Assembly (NCBI GenBank): GCA_963845065.1 | Contig: CAWJQQ010000005.1 | Location: forward strand, 32,001 to 96,000 | From: Nitrospirota bacterium | Lineage (GTDB): Bacteria > Nitrospirota > UBA9217 | Direction: 5' to 3' | DNA: 64,000 bases | Shown: piece after piece, positions 52,863 to 63,428 of the stretch | Layout of the letters: each line of letters begins with the position of its first letter | Numbering within the stretch: the first letter of the stretch is position 1 | Program-made: the position numbers and the translations under genes | Notes under the pieces: generated by a model | Databases searched by the model: none | Seen by the model: only the letters and a program-made list of their open reading frames with translations | Told to the model about the DNA's origin: nothing

Positions 52863-53682
52863 GTGCGGTTTCTCCAGAGCTGTGTGTCAAGCAGGCCACC
52901 AAAAAGTTAGTGAATGTTGCGATATTCTCTGCATGAACAAATAAATCACAAAAAAATGTTACTTTATTTTCATCCCGGGCGCTCTGCTGAGCTTGTCGAC
53001 GAGAAATTGAAAAGCCGGTAACTGATGAGCGCCACGTTACAGAGAGCGTGGATGTATTTTGGATATAGTTCTGCCTTAATGCATAATCCAAGACCCGGCT
53101 CTTGAGTCAGTCTTCGTGAGACTCAATGATGTCATCAGGGGCTTCATGTCAGTTGATGCCGCATCGCCACGCGAAGGCAGTTGATTGCTCACAATGCATT
53201 GCTCCCGTTCAAAGGTTATTCCTCGATAATCTTATCGGCAGAAATGCAGGCAAACTTAAGAGTTAGAGAGAGCGCAATGCATAACCAAGATAATCAAGGA
53301 TGCCGCTGGGAGAGGACCCAGTGGCTGTGCTTCGGGGACAGTAAAATCGATACGATTTACAAATTTACATCTTTGCCTCTGGGGTCATGTATTAAAATCG
53401 ATATTGAACTTATTTAATTCATAAGAGCTCCTGATTGACTTCCTGTGAAGTCCACTATCGTTGCACTTATTGGAAATTGTGCTTTTCATATCTTAATTGA
53501 TAATGAGCATATGACCCACGTCAATGATATTCATTGCTGCTATCAACTACTATAATTCTCCGTTTTGCAAATGAGCGCTGTGTCTGATTAAACTATGTTT
53601 ATCGAGACTTCCTTGCAACGCTAATAGGTATTCGCTAATCTTGATCGCATGACAAATATCCATTGCGAATGGAAGATATAGT

Positions 53683-54208
53683 ATGAGAAGGATGGTTATT
53701 GCGGGATTCGTAATTATCTAGTTATTAAGTCTTTTCTTGGTATCAAAAAGCATCGTTTGCTACCAAACAAAGATGGAAGGCAGCAAAAAAGCGCAGATCA
53801 AGAGAGGTCTATATCTTTTGACTGTCGGGGGATGAATGACTTTCAAACCCTTAAGAAAATGACCTAGAACGGGCCTGCACTGGACAAGGCGCGGCTTCTT
53901 TAGGTCATCCGTCCGATTAAAACTACCTGAAATTACGTCTAATATATTCGGTTCGGATAAATGGGGTGCCCTTTTCCCTGATCCGGAAACCGGTACAGGG
54001 ACATGGAACGAAGAGCTGTTCATTAAGACTATACGCACTGACAAGTTTATGGGATCAGGGCGTGACATTTTGCTTCCTATGCCTTGGGATGAATATACCA
54101 AAATTACAGACGCGGATCTCGAAGCGCTCTTTGCTTAACTCAAAAGTCTTAAGCCGGTCAAAAATCATTTTCCTGCTTCCGTTCCTTCCCTACCTCATCA
54201 ACAGTAAA
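53683..54208 (+). pseudogene. Degraded c-type cytochrome gene
   Basis: Across frameshifts: RGLYLLTVGG.NDFQT.KKM (eroded CxxCH), GHPSD, PDPETGTGTWNEELFIKTIRT...MPW..Y...TDADLEALFA*LKSLKPVKN. Confidence 0.7.
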
Positions 54209-54679
54209 CCGGTAATAAGTCATGTCAAAAAAAATAAGGCTCGTCTGGTGATTCAATGACGGGCTTCTTAATTTCATTTTTTTGAGAGTTGACTTAAACT
54301 TTATCCACTTTATCCTTTACACCGCACGGGCAAATGCAGTCCCCAAAGCCAAAATCGGTCATTGCACTTATTATCAGTCACTTCCTAACTCGATTAACTT
54401 CATTGAATAATATAGCTCGGCAAATCAAGTCTCCCATCGAAAAGCTCTTTCCGAGCAGATATCTTTAACTCAACCATAAGCTGATGTCTCAGTAATTTCC
54501 TCGCGGTCAGGATGTCTGAACACAGTGCCCAGTTTAGTTACACATGACATCTTCATATGCTTAGGGCTTGGTCATATCGCAGCCGGAAAAAGAAGTAAAA
54601 AATGCTCATTCCGAGATTCCAAAGAAAGACCGGCTCGGTATTCAAACAGTCAAAAGCCAGACGCTTTCGCTACATCCAT

Positions 54680-54945
54680 ATACTCGTCATTGAAAAAGTA
54701 ATATCTGGTTTTCCAATAACGCCTGTATTCTCCATGCATCGCGTAATTGTGGCGCCTCAATGAGCGCTTTTGCTTGAGACATATCCTTTACTTCCCACAA
54801 AAAAGTATGACTTTATTACGATCACTAGCACCTCGTATATTTGTCTGTAATGCCCGCCTCAACGTGATTGTTCTGGCGACAATCATAAATTTCCCGCCAC
54901 TTCGCAAAATCTTTGATTCTCACTTTAAAAAGGATATATGTCATT
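54680..54945 (-). pseudogene. Degraded small dimeric alpha/beta-barrel ('cyclase'/ABM-like) protein gene
   Basis: MTYILFKVRIKDFAKWREIYD... then, frameshifted, ...WEVKDMSQAKALIEAPQLRDA..GVIGKPD; AAGGAG RBS. Confidence 0.5.
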
Positions 54946-55188
54946 TTTGTTCTCCTTTCTTGCTGGCCTTGCATAATTCTCTACATCGAACCATTACTTT
55001 ACATTTTCTGTGTGTAATTTAATTTAGCGCAAGTAGCACTAGGCCGTCTGTCACCTGCCGAATTCAATGTGTCTCGGATGAAAGATAGTAAAAAGAGCTT
55101 ACTTTAAACCTGCCCCCATCCAATAAACTTCAATAATTCGATACAATTAATACCATATGCAAAAGTAGTCAAAGTTTCAACGACAACG

Positions 55189-55890
55189 TCATCTGTTAGT
55201 TTCGATATAAGATATTCCGTCTTTCGGTATAACATACGCCTTGCCTAGACTCTCGTCATAGAAAAAAAAGTAGTTACTGTTTGCTTCGAGAATAATGCAG
55301 TTGTTCGGATTTATGCTGACATCTCTGACGAAATGAACCTGATAATTTTTTAAGCTATGCCTGGGTTCATGCAATACGTAATCTCGGTTATAGACAACCG
55401 TAGAGATTATCAATAACACATATAGGATAAACGCCGTAAAATAAAAGTAGCGCGAATAGGAATCATGGTTCCCTTTGAAGACTTTTTTGAAGAGGACGTA
55501 GTCGCCACCGGCATACATCGCAAATGACAGCAAAAAATACCCCGAGGGCTCTCTGAACTTGACTAGCATGATCATTCCTACCACAATCATGACAACGGGA
55601 ATGCAGTACAGCAATACGGTCACAAGCCTGTTATTTTGGAATTTCTTCCTATCGTACATAATATATCGAGCCAAGTAACTGCTCATAATGGCAAACAGAA
55701 TAGCAACGATGATGAGATATACTTTCTCGATGCTGGAGGCGAGGTAGTCTTGTAGGGTAAAAAACTGTTCCACTTTAATATTGAACAATCTAAAGAAGAA
55801 AAAATTGTAAATAAAGCCAGTAAAAATAAATATCGCGGCAAAGGCCAAGTAGAATACTTGCAAATCACTTATTTTGAGAAATCCTCTCAT
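55189..55890 (-). CDS. Hypothetical integral membrane protein
   Basis: About 5 hydrophobic segments and a soluble C-terminus; AT-rich; ATG at 55890 (the upstream ORF extension overlaps a kinase remnant). Confidence 0.65.
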   Translation of the reverse strand: MRGFLKISDLQVFYLAFAAIFIFTGFIYNFFFFRLFNIKVEQFFTLQDYLASSIEKVYLIIVAILFAIMSSYLARYIMYDRKKFQNNRLVTVLLYCIPVVMIVVGMIMLVKFREPSGYFLLSFAMYAGGDYVLFKKVFKGNHDSYSRYFYFTAFILYVLLIISTVVYNRDYVLHEPRHSLKNYQVHFVRDVSINPNNCIILEANSNYFFFYDESLGKAYVIPKDGISYIETNR

Positions 55891-55974
55891 TTTTGTTTTT
55901 CCATCCGTTGTTGACACTGTAACCTGCCTTCCTTCACAGCCATCTCTTAAGTAAAACGTTAACATCAGCTTTCC

Positions 55975-56352
55975 AAATAATTCACGTTCCTCAAGAGGCA
56001 ACTCTATGCTATCTCAGTTCCCTGCTTGAGCTTGCTGTTGATATGGATTTTCCCCTGATACCCTTCGATGACCTTTTCAGCAATGGTTATGCCGAGCCCC
56101 GTACCATCGCGCTTTTTCGTATAAAAAGGGACTATAACATTCTCAGGAGTTTTCTTCTCCATCCATGAACCTTATATCTGCAATAATGATAATTGTCATG
56201 GTTTTGTCCACCACCAGGAGCATTGAAACTTTCTGATTTTGACCCGAATCTTCAATGGCATTCGCGATGAGACTGACGAGAGCCCTCTCTAGGTGAAAAC
56301 TGTCGAAACTCATATATGTCGGCATAAAGAGCAGGTCGACAGAGTGGAGCAT
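55975..56352 (-). pseudogene. Histidine-kinase HATPase_c C-terminal remnant
   Basis: LERALVSLIANAIE ... PFYTKKRDGTGLGITIAEKVIEGYQGKI, with frameshifts. Confidence 0.65.
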
Positions 56353-56724
56353 TTACCGCTGTTTCGCTTTTATCTTGCATGGCTCGACCGCTTACTTAAC
56401 AATATCTCCCACCTGAGATCAACCTCCCCCAGGTACAACTGAAGCGGCTTAGAAAAAATTAAGTACACTCGTTAGGTCCGAGATACCGTACAATTCCCGT
56501 AAAATGTTATGCAGCGTATGGACCGGTGATATCACAGAATACTGTAAATACGTGATGCATCCAACAAAAACGATAATAAAATCAACGAGGATTTTTTAGC
56601 ATACATGACCATTCACCTCCAAGGAGGATGTGCCGATGGCCAGAACGGTACATTTCGAGGAGGAGGTGTGGATGCGGGATCTCTTCGGCTATTCACCAAG
56701 TTTGACCCCTGCATCGGAATGACC

Positions 56725-57342
56725 TTATATCGCCCTCGGCCCGGCACATGCCGAGGCTTCCGAGGGACCGGAAAACATGCCCTCCAGTTTAACAAGTGCG
56801 CACCAGAGTACATTCTGAAGATCCTCGTTCGTCTTGTTCCCCAAATATGTTTTCGCCAACGTCTCCCGTATGGTAAGCATCAACGGGTCTTTTTTGAGGA
56901 ACGATAGAAACGTCCGAAGACGTCCTTCGCCACCGCCGAGCTTTGATGCCGCGTACGGTTTCTCAATTGTTTTATAATGATCCTGCAGATAGATCAGAAA
57001 CCATAGCTGTGTCATATCATAAAAAAATTCAAGTGTCGGATAGTAGCCGTACCGTTGCCTGATATGCGCCTCAACAGATAAGCGGTTTTCGGGGATGGTG
57101 GGAAATACGGCGATGAGTAGCCCTTCCGCAAAGTCTTCGTAGAAAAACGGTAAATCTGCGAACTGTCGATTCCCGCAGTGGGGGCAGGTAATCATATTGA
57201 ACTCCCAGTTCTGCAGGAGCGTTTTTACGACAGGTGTTCGCGAAACATCGACCCACGTAGCGATCCGGGCCTTAAAGCTATGCTTACAAGAGTCGCAATA
57301 AAGCAATTCATCCCTGTGAGCTCCAGCCTGAGGTGTCAGCAT
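56725..57342 (-). CDS. CpXC-domain protein
   Basis: CDSC...F.A.I.TWVD, CPHCG and PFFYED motifs; AGGAG RBS. Confidence 0.75.
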   Translation of the reverse strand: MLTPQAGAHRDELLYCDSCKHSFKARIATWVDVSRTPVVKTLLQNWEFNMITCPHCGNRQFADLPFFYEDFAEGLLIAVFPTIPENRLSVEAHIRQRYGYYPTLEFFYDMTQLWFLIYLQDHYKTIEKPYAASKLGGGEGRLRTFLSFLKKDPLMLTIRETLAKTYLGNKTNEDLQNVLWCALVKLEGMFSGPSEASACAGPRAI

Positions 57343-57546
57343 ATGTTCACTCCTATGAATGTGTATCGACTAAAGGCCAAAGACAGCGCACAGCAGCACG
57401 AACCATGACGCCCTCTCCCTCGCGAGGATCATGATGCATGCTCGGTCTTGGAATGTCTATTTCCTGTCGAGACTGATCCGCGAGATTGAGTGCTATCCTG
57501 ATGACGCTGTCTATCCTGGATACATGAATCCGAAATCGAGGAGTGG

Positions 57547-57822
57547 TTATACCGGTGGAGCGCGGGTTTCAGCAGTGGAGAGAAGAACGTTGGGCAGAGT
57601 CCACGAAATATCGAGCTTCGATACTGTTCTTATCCAGCCGACATTACAGTCAAAATCAACTGCACTGTTAAACGAGGTATAGAGCTGGTCATAGGCCCTG
57701 TAAATAGGGGAGTCCTTGGGCAGTGTCTCATCTTCAACGGCGTAGAAGGCGGGTATAATCGCGACGATGAAAAGTATCGTTACAAAAAGAAGCGCAATTC
57801 TTTTTTGCGTAATTCTTCTCAT
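57547..57822 (-). CDS. Small hypothetical membrane or exported protein
   Basis: Basic N-terminus plus hydrophobic stretch; C-terminal RAPP motif. Confidence 0.45.
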   Translation of the reverse strand: MRRITQKRIALLFVTILFIVAIIPAFYAVEDETLPKDSPIYRAYDQLYTSFNSAVDFDCNVGWIRTVSKLDISWTLPNVLLSTAETRAPPV

Positions 57823-58482
57823 GTTAAAATTATACTTAGGTAGAATATCATAGTCAAGAGCCTATTCTCTTCTGTCTTCGTTGCGCAATGTAGTAACTGG
57901 CCGTAAATGTGCTTAAAGTATTTGCTTTCAACCTGATCAATGGCTACTGGAATGGCCAGCCGGGCCTTTTCTACATATGCCTTGCTAAAACCTTTCCACA
58001 TGGTTTTCTGGACGGTGGTCAGGATGGATAATATCTCTTTACTCGTTCTCATGCTAATTAGCGGCTCCGGCAGGAATATGGCATTAAGAAAAAGCATTGG
58101 CCGCAGCCAGAAACTTCTTCTGGATGACAACAACGTCATGGTGTTTACCGGCGGGCAAAACATCCTGATTCAGTATTGTTTTCACGGCAGGAATCGAGCG
58201 GCCCTGTACGTTTGTAATCCCTTACCGTAAGCCTTGCCATTAGGTACGCTGGTGTTGCTCTATTACAGACAAGCGGGTTCTTAGGCTGGAGTTGCTGTTA
58301 TGATATGGATGTTGGAAATTCATGCAATATATTATGCTATACTTTTGTTCAGTTTGTCAAATATTGGGGGAAATTTAAAGCCAGCCAATTCATCCCACAA
58401 CCAATACGTCGTTTGGATGGGGTGTTCTTCGTGAGGGCGATAATATTTGGTTTTAAATAGGTTAAAACTGCTAAATTCTGAC

Positions 58483-58617
58483 AATGAACCTCCACGCTGC
58501 AAGCTGCGTGGTCTTTATAAATAGAAAGACGATTATCATTTGAGAAACCTGCGGTTTCTCAAACTCTTCCCTCTATGCGGTGACCCCGTAGCAAGCTACA
58601 GGGAATTGCAAGTTAAA
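58483..58617. mobile_element. Non-coding hairpin-rich MITE/REP-like element (IS200/IS605-type ends)
   Basis: Related terminal hairpins CCACGCtGCAAGCtGCGTGG (58492-58511) and CCCcGTAGCAAGCTACaGGG (58584-58603); internal perfect stem TTTGAGAAACC-tgc-GGTTTCTCAAA (58539-58563). Confidence 0.6.
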
Positions 58618-58750
58618 TTGTCGAAAAACTATTCTCGTTTGCCCGCTATCATTCCGCGAATGTGGCAATAAAAGGTTTTCATAATTTTGCTAGATACCCA
58701 GCTTCACTGGCATTATGAATTATTATGCCACAAGAAACTTTTCAACATCC

Positions 58751-59533
58751 TCATTCCTGAGGCGTGAAGGCGAACAGTATTTCCATCAGCGAGTCCACAG
58801 CCATCCCCAGATTCTTGGAAGCCCGTGCGGCGTTTCTTCCGAGTTTTATGCTGGCCGGGATAAGCTTAGGCTTTGCGAGAAGAAGGCCGAAGGCCCGCAA
58901 AAAATGATACTGGCCTGTTCTGTCTGTTACCGCAAGTAGCTCCGGAGGAATATCTTCATCATGCCGGTCGGTAATCGAGCGTACAGCAAGAAAAGGCACG
59001 CGATTCTGGTGCGACAGCCTTGCGAAATAAAACGTTTCCATGTCGCATACGGGGAAGGGAAGATCGTTGGGAATCCTCTTTCTTATGTTCGATTTTGGCA
59101 TCATTTCCGAGAGGGTAACGATGCGTCCCTCCTTTGCGGCGGTCCTCTCGCGGAGCTTTTCTCCTATTTGTCTAATGAAGGCGGAATCAGGGACGTCGTC
59201 TTCCGAAAGATATTCATTCTGCCCCATCGTGTCTCCCCTGATGAGGAAGGAGTGGAAAGACCAGACGATATCCCCGATTTCGGCGTCCTCGTACAGGGCG
59301 CCGCCAAACCCGACTGACAGAACAATGTCGGGACTGCAATCCTGGAGCACACACCGAAATGCGGATTCCGCATTGGCAGCGCCCACGCCGGTTTGTACTG
59401 TGATAACGTCACACGGTGGATGCTGCTTTCCTTGCAAGAGGAAAGGGCGGCGCTCCGAAGTTTGCTCGGACGGACGGTTTTTACGTATGTGCTTTAATTC
59501 CTGCGGAAAGGCTGCAAAGAGTGCCACGATCAT
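58751..59533 (-). CDS. Nucleoside phosphorylase family protein (PNP_UDP_1; HpnG/MTA-SAH nucleosidase-like)
   Basis: TGVG..NA, SVGFGGAL...GDIV, CDMET and VRSITD motifs. Confidence 0.8.
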   Translation of the reverse strand: MIVALFAAFPQELKHIRKNRPSEQTSERRPFLLQGKQHPPCDVITVQTGVGAANAESAFRCVLQDCSPDIVLSVGFGGALYEDAEIGDIVWSFHSFLIRGDTMGQNEYLSEDDVPDSAFIRQIGEKLRERTAAKEGRIVTLSEMMPKSNIRKRIPNDLPFPVCDMETFYFARLSHQNRVPFLAVRSITDRHDEDIPPELLAVTDRTGQYHFLRAFGLLLAKPKLIPASIKLGRNAARASKNLGMAVDSLMEILFAFTPQE

Positions 59534-59685
59534 TTGGAGAAGGTGTACTGCCTTTCTTTGAGGACCGACTGCGCGGCCTGATATATCCCTCTCTTAATCG
59601 AGAGGGTACTTCTTTCTCAACTCGTCTTACCTGTCTTGTTCGACGATGCATCGGAGATACCGCATCGCCTAACGCCTGTGGATGG

Positions 59686-61230
59686 CTACTTTAATTCGTT
59701 CTCAGAAAGAGGTGTCCATTTCTTATCTCTATATAAATAATAATAACTGCCTCTTTTAAAGACTATATTCCCAAAATTTTCTGCGACAAAATCAGTTTGC
59801 GGAATGTTATCTATAAAATTATTGGTCCAATACCGAGCTGAAGTAAAGGGGCTTTGCTTCGTGAATGCCGCCAGCATATAGGAGAGGGCAAAATAACTCA
59901 TCGGTCTGGAAATAATTACTTGCCGACCTGTTTGATCAGCACTTTGCATCTTTCCAATAAATTTTATTCCCACAGGAACAGTTGCTATGCGAGGAAGTGG
60001 GATATCTCTGAGTCCTGGCGGTCCGATAGCACTGCCATGAGCCGACCTCCCATGTTCTCCAATAAAGATAATTATTGTCTCTCGTCCTGATTCTGCAACA
60101 TGGTTGAAGAACTTTGTCATATCATCTAGTAAGTCATGCACAGATTCCTTGTATTGCTGTAAGTTGTCTTTAGCCCACCAATATTTATCAGCTACCTTAT
60201 GAGTGCCATCATGCAAGCTAACGGTGTTATAATAGAGAGTAACTTTTTTTGATCGTGATTTTTGTCTTGCCGCCAACCAATGCTCAAGCACAGAATAGTC
60301 GTCATACACGGGAGAATCATCAAACATAGATGACTTGGCAGTAAGATTGGTTAGTAGAAATGGGCTCGCATCAAGATGCCCAAAGCGTTTGACCTCTTCG
60401 TCAAATTTATCATAAATTCCATTATGGTTACGCGCGAACTGAATATCATATCCTTGAGCACTAAGACTTTCGACCAAAGAACATTCCCTTGGTATTTCGT
60501 TATAAAGGTCGTCATACCTGCGTTGCCCGCAATTTGCATTCAACAGTCTTATAACAGCTGGATTACTATAGGTGGTAGCAGAATTAAAATTGGTGAGCAG
60601 GTAATCAAATTGCTTGAAAAATTGATCCTCTTCCATGTTTAAATCTCGGAGGTCATCCCAGGACAGTGAACAGACATGCAGAATGATGATATCAAAATCA
60701 GAATTATCTCTTTTGGGCGGTTTAAAATGAATGAGCCTTGTTGCTTCCACGTTATAAAAAGACCTTAAATTTTTTTCCAGTTCTGCGATGGACTGATAGT
60801 TCACGTTACCCGACGAAATAAACAATGGAAAAATGAGAAGTAAGACCGTTCCTGCGGCCATGATCTTTGAATATTTGCGAAGCAAGATGCATATGGATAG
60901 GATAATTGTTAGGATGCCAAATTCTTTTGGGTTATAGAACCCTAAGAGGTAATGATACACATACTGCTGAGAAGGCATCCCGTGTTGTTCAACAAGATTC
61001 AGGTCACCTAACGGCCCCGGCAGCAAGGAATCGTGGCAGAGAAGGAGTACGCTAAAGATCGCGCTTAGAATAAATTTAACAATTGTAAAGGACTTAAAGA
61101 ATTTGAACCGCTTTGGTATTGAAATCATGAGAAATGACATGAAAAGGAGGTTCAATAAAACATCTAGGCGGAGAATTCCTTTGTAATATAAATATATTTT
61201 TGCAAAAAAATAAAAAATCCAAAATTCCAT
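59686..61230 (-). CDS. bcsG: Cellulose phosphoethanolamine transferase BcsG
   Basis: W.FYFFAK N-terminus, FDIIILHVCSLSWDDL, NFNSATTYSNPAVIRLL.ANCGQ, YYNTVSLHDG, GEHG and GLRDIP motifs. Confidence 0.85.
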   Translation of the reverse strand: MEFWIFYFFAKIYLYYKGILRLDVLLNLLFMSFLMISIPKRFKFFKSFTIVKFILSAIFSVLLLCHDSLLPGPLGDLNLVEQHGMPSQQYVYHYLLGFYNPKEFGILTIILSICILLRKYSKIMAAGTVLLLIFPLFISSGNVNYQSIAELEKNLRSFYNVEATRLIHFKPPKRDNSDFDIIILHVCSLSWDDLRDLNMEEDQFFKQFDYLLTNFNSATTYSNPAVIRLLNANCGQRRYDDLYNEIPRECSLVESLSAQGYDIQFARNHNGIYDKFDEEVKRFGHLDASPFLLTNLTAKSSMFDDSPVYDDYSVLEHWLAARQKSRSKKVTLYYNTVSLHDGTHKVADKYWWAKDNLQQYKESVHDLLDDMTKFFNHVAESGRETIIIFIGEHGRSAHGSAIGPPGLRDIPLPRIATVPVGIKFIGKMQSADQTGRQVIISRPMSYFALSYMLAAFTKQSPFTSARYWTNNFIDNIPQTDFVAENFGNIVFKRGSYYYLYRDKKWTPLSENELK

Positions 61231-61620
61231 AGTGATATCTCAGTTTTGAATACTATTCAGTCAGAAATCTAACACATTGTATTCTTACAAGTCAATCCTT
61301 TTAATGGGCGCATGAATCTGACTATTGCATTCTTTGATCCACGTCTAGCACGTCGCCTGCTCTCCATATGACGATGGGTTTCAAGGGGGCTGAACGCCTC
61401 GGTGGTTACTTAGCAAAAGTATTCGTGTACCAGGAAGATCTATAAACGCTTTCTTGATGCTGATATGCTTTCGTACCGCGGCAAAAGTGCGTGCGCTGGA
61501 TCAGTCGACACACTTATATCGAAAGGTCGTCTGCTCCCATCCGGGCTTGCCAGGTATGGCCGACCCATCCTGCCGCGCGAAGAGGCAGGTTAAGGTTTTG
61601 CATCTAGATAATGTTCGATA

Positions 61621-62364
61621 CCTAGATTCTTGAGCTTCCTAGTATGATAGACATGCTCCGCTGAAGAAGCCCAACCACCGTTCGACGAATAAGCGCAACA
61701 GTAGCGAAGCGAGCTATGAAGCACCTCCCACATTTTCGCCACAAAGGCAATGAGAGGGGCATAGGACTTTTGACCTTTCTTCACGGGATTATATCCTTTT
61801 TTCCACTCATTCCTGAGAGCCGCATACCCATCCCCCGTAGAATAAAACGCTCTTAGCTAGATTTCACCGCTGTGGTATTTACCCTGCAGATGACCAAGAG
61901 GATGTTTAGCGCCCTTTTGGAACGCCAAGCATAAGGTTCCCTATAGCAGAGCTACGGATTTTACCTCCGTCATCAATATCACCCCACATGCAACACAGCG
62001 TGCCTTGCAACCGCCGCTCGGAATGACCCACACGTTTCCACCCAGGCCTCAAAATGAATGAACAATAGACGCCAGCTCGGCGATGTTGGCATGGCTGGCG
62101 TGCTCCATAATCCGTCCCAGCGTGGTCTCGAAACTCAAGCCTGTTTATGAAATTCATTACTGGCAATAATCCCGCATGTATCGTAAGGTCCTTGCCTGTC
62201 ATCTCGGTCTTGACTTTTGGCTGTGTTTTCTGCTCTCTTTGTGATATATTCATCACGGAAAAGGTGAACCTCCTTACAGTTAATTTAGTGACTATCTATT
62301 TGGCAATTCTTCCTTTTCCACTTTTTGGTTCGCAATCAAATTATCACGTATTGCAGGATTTAAG
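61621..62364 (-). mobile_element. Fragmented IS1380-family element
   Basis: N-terminal piece MTGKDLTIHAGLLPVMNF (62256 downward) and internal piece GYNP.KKGQKSY.PLIAFVA...LHS.LR...AYSSNG (~61660-61810). Candidate ends CCTAGATTCT (61621) and TTGCAGGATTTAAG (62351-62364). Confidence 0.7.
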
Positions 62365-62469
62365 TTCCATACTCATCTCCTGAGAGTGCAGGTGGACTGC
62401 GGGTCACTGGCAATCTCCGTTGATGTGCCGCGGCGCGGTACGCGCAGCGACATGATCATAATCGACACG

Positions 62470-63290
62470 ATAACGGCAGTCCTTGGGCACACCGGATGGT
62501 TGCTTACCTTACGGATTGTAATATCCATACGATCATCGTCACGGGCCGTCCGGGCGTGAACTGGAAGATATCGAATCTCGAAGAACTTGCGGAATCAGAC
62601 TAGCCTCCCATACTCGCAATCAGTGATAGCGACATGAGAGTGAGCTGATCTTATCTCGGAAGAAGATGATGGAACACTTCAGCGCACGAAACGTCGGGGT
62701 GGTAACATCTCTATTCAAGATTTCAAGCCCCGTGTCGATCGACGCCGCGCTGAAGTCTCTGACGATCGCGCTCGACTTCATTTCGTACATGCTTGTCGCC
62801 CGTCGACTGGACCTCATTACATTCGCATTAGGGGCCTCTTTGGTACGCTCGAAGAAGGCGCTGGAAGAGATCGACGGTTTTGCAGTGATTGGCGACTACC
62901 TTTTAAACGACTACTAACTCGGCAACCGGCTGTGGAAGCGGAGGTATTCGCTCGTCCTTTCCCGGTATGTCTGTGAGAATAATACAGGTCCCATGTGCAT
63001 GTCGTCGATTACTTCAAGCATCAGTTCTGGTAGATGTAGACCTATCGGACATTGAGACCGGTGGGATTTGCGGGTTACGCCATTACGCACTGGTCCCATT
63101 TTTTCTGCTTCTTCTTATCGCGGAAGGTTCGACCGCCCTCTCACTTTTCGAACTAGGATCTGCCGTAATGAAGCGGCCTTGCGTATGTCTTACTCAGAAA
63201 GATCGTCCGCTTATGTCAGTGGCAGAAATGGCTTGTTCTCGGCGCCGGTCAAGGACATCCTCGGCTTCAGTATCTGAGCCTTGAGCTTCA
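62470..63290 (+). pseudogene. HpnI / ceramide-glucosyltransferase-family GT2 pseudogene
   Basis: G.NWKISNL, ISDSDMRV, VGVVTSLF, FALGAS...ALEEIDGF...DYLLNDY*LGNRL, HQFW*M*TYRTLRP.G; several stops and frameshifts. Confidence 0.75.
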
Positions 63291-63428
63291 CAAGCCTGTC
63301 ATTCCGCTGGCGGGGCAGCTGGTGGGTATCTTATCCTGAAAGACGAAAAGCTCCAGCAGAGGGAGTAGCCGCATGTAAGGGCTGTAAAGCGTAGCGCCGT
63401 CAAAATCTCCCTTTCCTGCACATAAACT

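Noticed and set aside
53760..54259. ORFs 53760-54101 (-) and 53966-54259 (+)
   Set aside because: Off-frame or antisense readings of the cytochrome c pseudogene.
57819..58230. ORFs 57819-58163 (-) and 57940-58230 (+)
   Set aside because: No recognisable motif or RBS in either; may be another decayed gene but cannot be supported.
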